From positions 1 through 64,000 of the forward strand of contig CAVPOM010000010.1 of the NCBI GenBank assembly GCA_963707025.1: a stretch of 64,000 nt of DNA. The letters run 5' to 3'. Source of the DNA: an uncultured Verrucomicrobiae bacterium. GTDB lineage: Bacteria; Verrucomicrobiota; Verrucomicrobiia; Limisphaerales; Palsa-1400. A program made the position numbers and the translations under genes. Of the stretch, positions 61,081-64,000 are shown piece by piece; positions within the stretch are counted from its first letter, which is position 1; the number at the start of each line of letters is the position of its first letter. The notes below the pieces were generated by a model. That model did not search any database, was not told where the DNA came from, and was given only the letters and a program-made list of their open reading frames with translations.

Positions 61081-61256
61081 CTTAATCATGGATTGTGCCA
61101 ACGGCATTTGAACAGAGGGTAGGAGGACTCACAAAATGCAGATGCGCTAGGCAGGCAGCGTGTTTCTGCGGTTTTCCTTATTCGCAAGGCGGTTTGTCTG
61201 ACGACGCCTCAATGCCTGGACGTAATTTGGGAGTTACGACATTCAATTACGCCGTA
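61081..61256 (-). promoter_or_regulatory. Candidate sigma54 promoter plus upstream activator site, copy B
   Basis: Minus strand GTTGGCACAATCCATGATTAAG (61081-61102); inverted repeat CGTAATT...AATTACG within 61219-61256. Confidence 0.65.
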
Positions 61257-61459
61257 GGCGTCGGGTTTCTGTTTCGGGCGTGATGCAGAAATCTACGCGC
61301 CGAACAAAGGGAGCAGGAGCGGGGTGCAGAGTGCCGAATATCGGAACGAAAAGCGAACGGCTCAGAAGTGAACCTCTCCCAAGACGGTTAGGGTGATGAC
61401 GAATTGTCTTAGCGGGCTACCATTTTCCCGTCAGCAACCTGCGTGCTTCCAACATCCGG

Positions 61460-63034
61460 TCACGCCAAACTTGCGATCCTTGGAAGATTGCGCAGACCAG
61501 GGCACAGGTTTGAATCCTGTCTCAAAAGGAATTTGATGATCGCCAACCGCTTCTCACCGTCCATCTTTTCCCATTTAGCCTTCACACTAAAAAAATTGGA
61601 GATTTCGGTATGCGTGTTTTTCTCTCTGTGTCCGAGGAGCCTTCCCATGTTGGAAACTGTGGGGCTTTCAATTCCCGAAGCTTTGCATTGCTGATAAGCC
61701 TCTTCATATTTCACCAGTTCCTCGCGGACTTTCTCGATCTCCGATTTTTTCCATTCTTTGGAGTCAGCGTTAAGAGGGAGGTGCTCTGTAGGGGAATGTG
61801 TGGTCGGCGACATTGATTCCTGACCTGCTTGAGATGCGCCCACGACTTCTCTGTGTGGCTGCGTTTGCGTGTGAAAATCCGGCAGGCTACCAACCTGAAC
61901 TTCAGATGTAGATTCGAGGATCAAGGCTCGTTCGATCACGTTGCGCAATTCGCGCACGTTGCCAGGCCAGCGATGAGCCATGAGTTTCTGGCAGGCTGTG
62001 TGCGCGATGGCCTTAACGTTCTTGCCCATCGTTGCGCCGAAGGATTTCAGGAAATGATTAGCCAGCAATAGAATGTCGTTACCGCGCTCACGCAATGGTG
62101 GTATCCGCAGTTGCACCACGTTAAGCCGGTGAAAGAGGTCTTCGCGGAATAGTCCTTCCGCGATGTCCTTTGCCATGTCACGGTTTGTGGCGGCCAAGAG
62201 GCGCACGTTGACCCGCAATTCCTGCGTGCCTCCCACGCGCGTGAACGTGCCATCTTCGAGAAAGCGCAGCAGCTTGGCCTGCAACGGGCGGCTCATGTCG
62301 GCGATTTCGTCGAGGAAAATCGTGCCAGCGTCGGCTTCTTCCACGCGGCCGAACTTCTGCTTGATCGCGCCGGTGAACGCGCCCTTTTCATGACCGAACA
62401 ATTCGCTTTCCAGCAGCGTTTCGGGGATGGCAGCGCAGTTGATGCGAACGTAATTGCAATTGCACCGCTTGCTCGAAGTGTGAAGCGCGCCCGCGGCCAG
62501 TTCCTTGCCTGTGCCGCTTTCTCCGAGGATGAGCACACGCGTGTCAGTGGGCGCGACTTTTTGAATCAGCTCCTTCAACTCGTGCATCTGTTGGCAGTTG
62601 CCGACGATGTTGTCCAAAGTGTAAGCATCGCTTTTCTGTTTGGGCTTATGCGAATTGATTTTAGAGCGCTCCTCGGCGTGTTGAAGAAACCGCCCCACCG
62701 CCGCTTTGTAGTCGCCATTCTTGCCAATGTAGTCAAAAAAGCCCTCTTTAATGGCTTCAACAGCCTTTTCCACCGTAAATGTGTCGGAGTGCGCAGTTAG
62801 CATCATGTAGAGCGTGTCCGGCGAATGCTGCTTAATGTGCTTGCCCGCCTCCAAACCTGTTGTGGGCATTTTGTAATCGAGAAGAGCAGCATGGAAACTG
62901 CGAAGCGTTGTCTCGGTCATCTTGAGCACATCCTCGCCGTCGGATACGGCTACGACATCATGGCCTGCCTTCCGGCAGATTTCTGAAAGCGGTTCGCGCC
63001 ACTCGTATTGGTCGTCTGCAACTAGAATTTTCAT
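61460..63034 (-). CDS. NtrC-family sigma54-dependent response regulator (REC-AAA+)
   Basis: ILVADD, LLDYKMP, GESGTGKE, ESELFGHEKGAFTGA, FLDEI, WPGNVREL. Confidence 0.95.
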   Translation of the reverse strand: MKILVADDQYEWREPLSEICRKAGHDVVAVSDGEDVLKMTETTLRSFHAALLDYKMPTTGLEAGKHIKQHSPDTLYMMLTAHSDTFTVEKAVEAIKEGFFDYIGKNGDYKAAVGRFLQHAEERSKINSHKPKQKSDAYTLDNIVGNCQQMHELKELIQKVAPTDTRVLILGESGTGKELAAGALHTSSKRCNCNYVRINCAAIPETLLESELFGHEKGAFTGAIKQKFGRVEEADAGTIFLDEIADMSRPLQAKLLRFLEDGTFTRVGGTQELRVNVRLLAATNRDMAKDIAEGLFREDLFHRLNVVQLRIPPLRERGNDILLLANHFLKSFGATMGKNVKAIAHTACQKLMAHRWPGNVRELRNVIERALILESTSEVQVGSLPDFHTQTQPHREVVGASQAGQESMSPTTHSPTEHLPLNADSKEWKKSEIEKVREELVKYEEAYQQCKASGIESPTVSNMGRLLGHREKNTHTEISNFFSVKAKWEKMDGEKRLAIIKFLLRQDSNLCPGLRNLPRIASLA

Positions 63035-64000
63035 GATTGTCGGTTCTGAGGGATTTCAATGGTGATTTTGACCGCTGGCGCTGCGACAACGGATATGTTC
63101 CATCGCAAGTGACGCAGACTTTGCTCCACAATTTCCAGTCCCCGCTTCTCTGGTTCAGTATTTGGTGATGAAGCAACGCCATTCAGAAAATCAACCCATT
63201 GGCGCTTATGCTTTGGCCATTCAGACTTCTGGAAAAAAACAACCCGGTGCAAACCATCGTGTTGACCAACATGCACGGCAAAGTCCCCTCTCTGCGATGC
63301 GTTGTGCCAGAGATTCCAGAACACGAGAAACACGTCTTCCATCGCATCCTGAGGGGGCAAGAAGTCCGCTACTGAATCAATTTCGAGTGATGCGTGCCCC
63401 ACGCCAGAGGTTTCATGCTCTTTCAACCAAGCTAGGATTCCGGCTATGCGCTTTCCCTGAAGAGGCTGGTGCATTTTGCTCATCACAAAGTCAAGTGTCG
63501 CGAAAAGCACTTCGGATGTTTTTTCAGCATCTGCGACGAAATCGCGAGCCTTCCCAGAAATCTGGGTCTCATCTTGGATTAGAGCCGCGTGGAGCAACGG
63601 TCCCGGCTTAAGATTTACTATACTATGTCGATGCCCCAAAAACCTGGCGCGGATACGACGCTCTTCGTTTGCAAATGCAGCTTTCGCTCTTTCGCACGCT
63701 TCCTTGGTTTCAAGTCCGCCCAGCGGATCATAAGTCCATTCTGGATTAAAGTAAGGGTTGGGTTCTGTGCCGATGAAAACACGCCTTCCGTCAGGAAGAT
63801 TGAGTGGTTCCCCATTTCCACGCGTATCTTTGTCCGTCAAATAGACGTGAGGAAATGGCAGATTGGGAAGCAGGTTCATGCTTCCTTTATTGAACCGCGA
63901 CATGATTGATTGCAAATCCGACTTGGCAATCTCATCGGAGAAAAGTCTCTCAATAAAATTGAGGTATAGGGCCTTAGCTTCCGTGCGGAGCATCGCGCCA
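63031..64000 (-). CDS. C-terminal part of a putative atypical sensor histidine kinase (5' end outside window)
   Basis: GHRHSIVN (H-box-like), VFWNLWHNA (N-box), KRGLEIV (G2-like); ATGA overlap with the response regulator. Confidence 0.55.
   Translation of the reverse strand, partial: GAMLRTEAKALYLNFIERLFSDEIAKSDLQSIMSRFNKGSMNLLPNLPFPHVYLTDKDTRGNGEPLNLPDGRRVFIGTEPNPYFNPEWTYDPLGGLETKEACERAKAAFANEERRIRARFLGHRHSIVNLKPGPLLHAALIQDETQISGKARDFVADAEKTSEVLFATLDFVMSKMHQPLQGKRIAGILAWLKEHETSGVGHASLEIDSVADFLPPQDAMEDVFLVFWNLWHNASQRGDFAVHVGQHDGLHRVVFFQKSEWPKHKRQWVDFLNGVASSPNTEPEKRGLEIVEQSLRHLRWNISVVAAPAVKITIEIPQNRQS

Larger units (their letters stand above)
5565..64000. mobile_element. ICE-like genomic island integrated at tRNA-Ser; right boundary not located
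   Basis: att site, integrase, Xis-like gene, methylase-helicase, T4SS genes and defence cargo. The core is 5.8-27.2 kb; the extent beyond ~51.6 kb is uncertain. Confidence 0.6.

Overview
The window is an accessory region of a GC-rich bacterium. Gene style suggests Verrucomicrobia, which is inference only. The left 5.5 kb is the end of one integrated element, with an IS3-family insertion, catalase and alcohol dehydrogenase gene fragments, and a tyrosine integrase. A 29-bp tRNA-Ser 3' fragment (att site) separates it from a second, ICE-like element. That element carries an integrase, an Xis-like protein, a giant N6-methylase/SF2 helicase with a nested tnpV-like ORF, an AbiE toxin-antitoxin pair, a VirB2-B10 type IV secretion cluster and a ClpB-like AAA ATPase; many of these genes are frameshifted. 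A defence island follows: two HNH-type proteins, Wadjet (jetABCD), a PLD-domain protein, a type I restriction-modification system with a cyclase-like and an unknown gene between hsdS and hsdR, SPARTA (TIR-APAZ plus short Argonaute), HNH, DUF2188 and a WYL regulator. Three direct copies of a ~245-bp double-hairpin non-coding element punctuate the cargo modules. The right end holds a Calx-beta/C39-peptidase surface protein and a tubulin-like/MCE-FHA/YbjN-like operon. Both units are preceded by a near-identical sigma54-type promoter and upstream inverted repeat, next to an NtrC-family activator. All calls come from motif reading by eye; no database searches were run.
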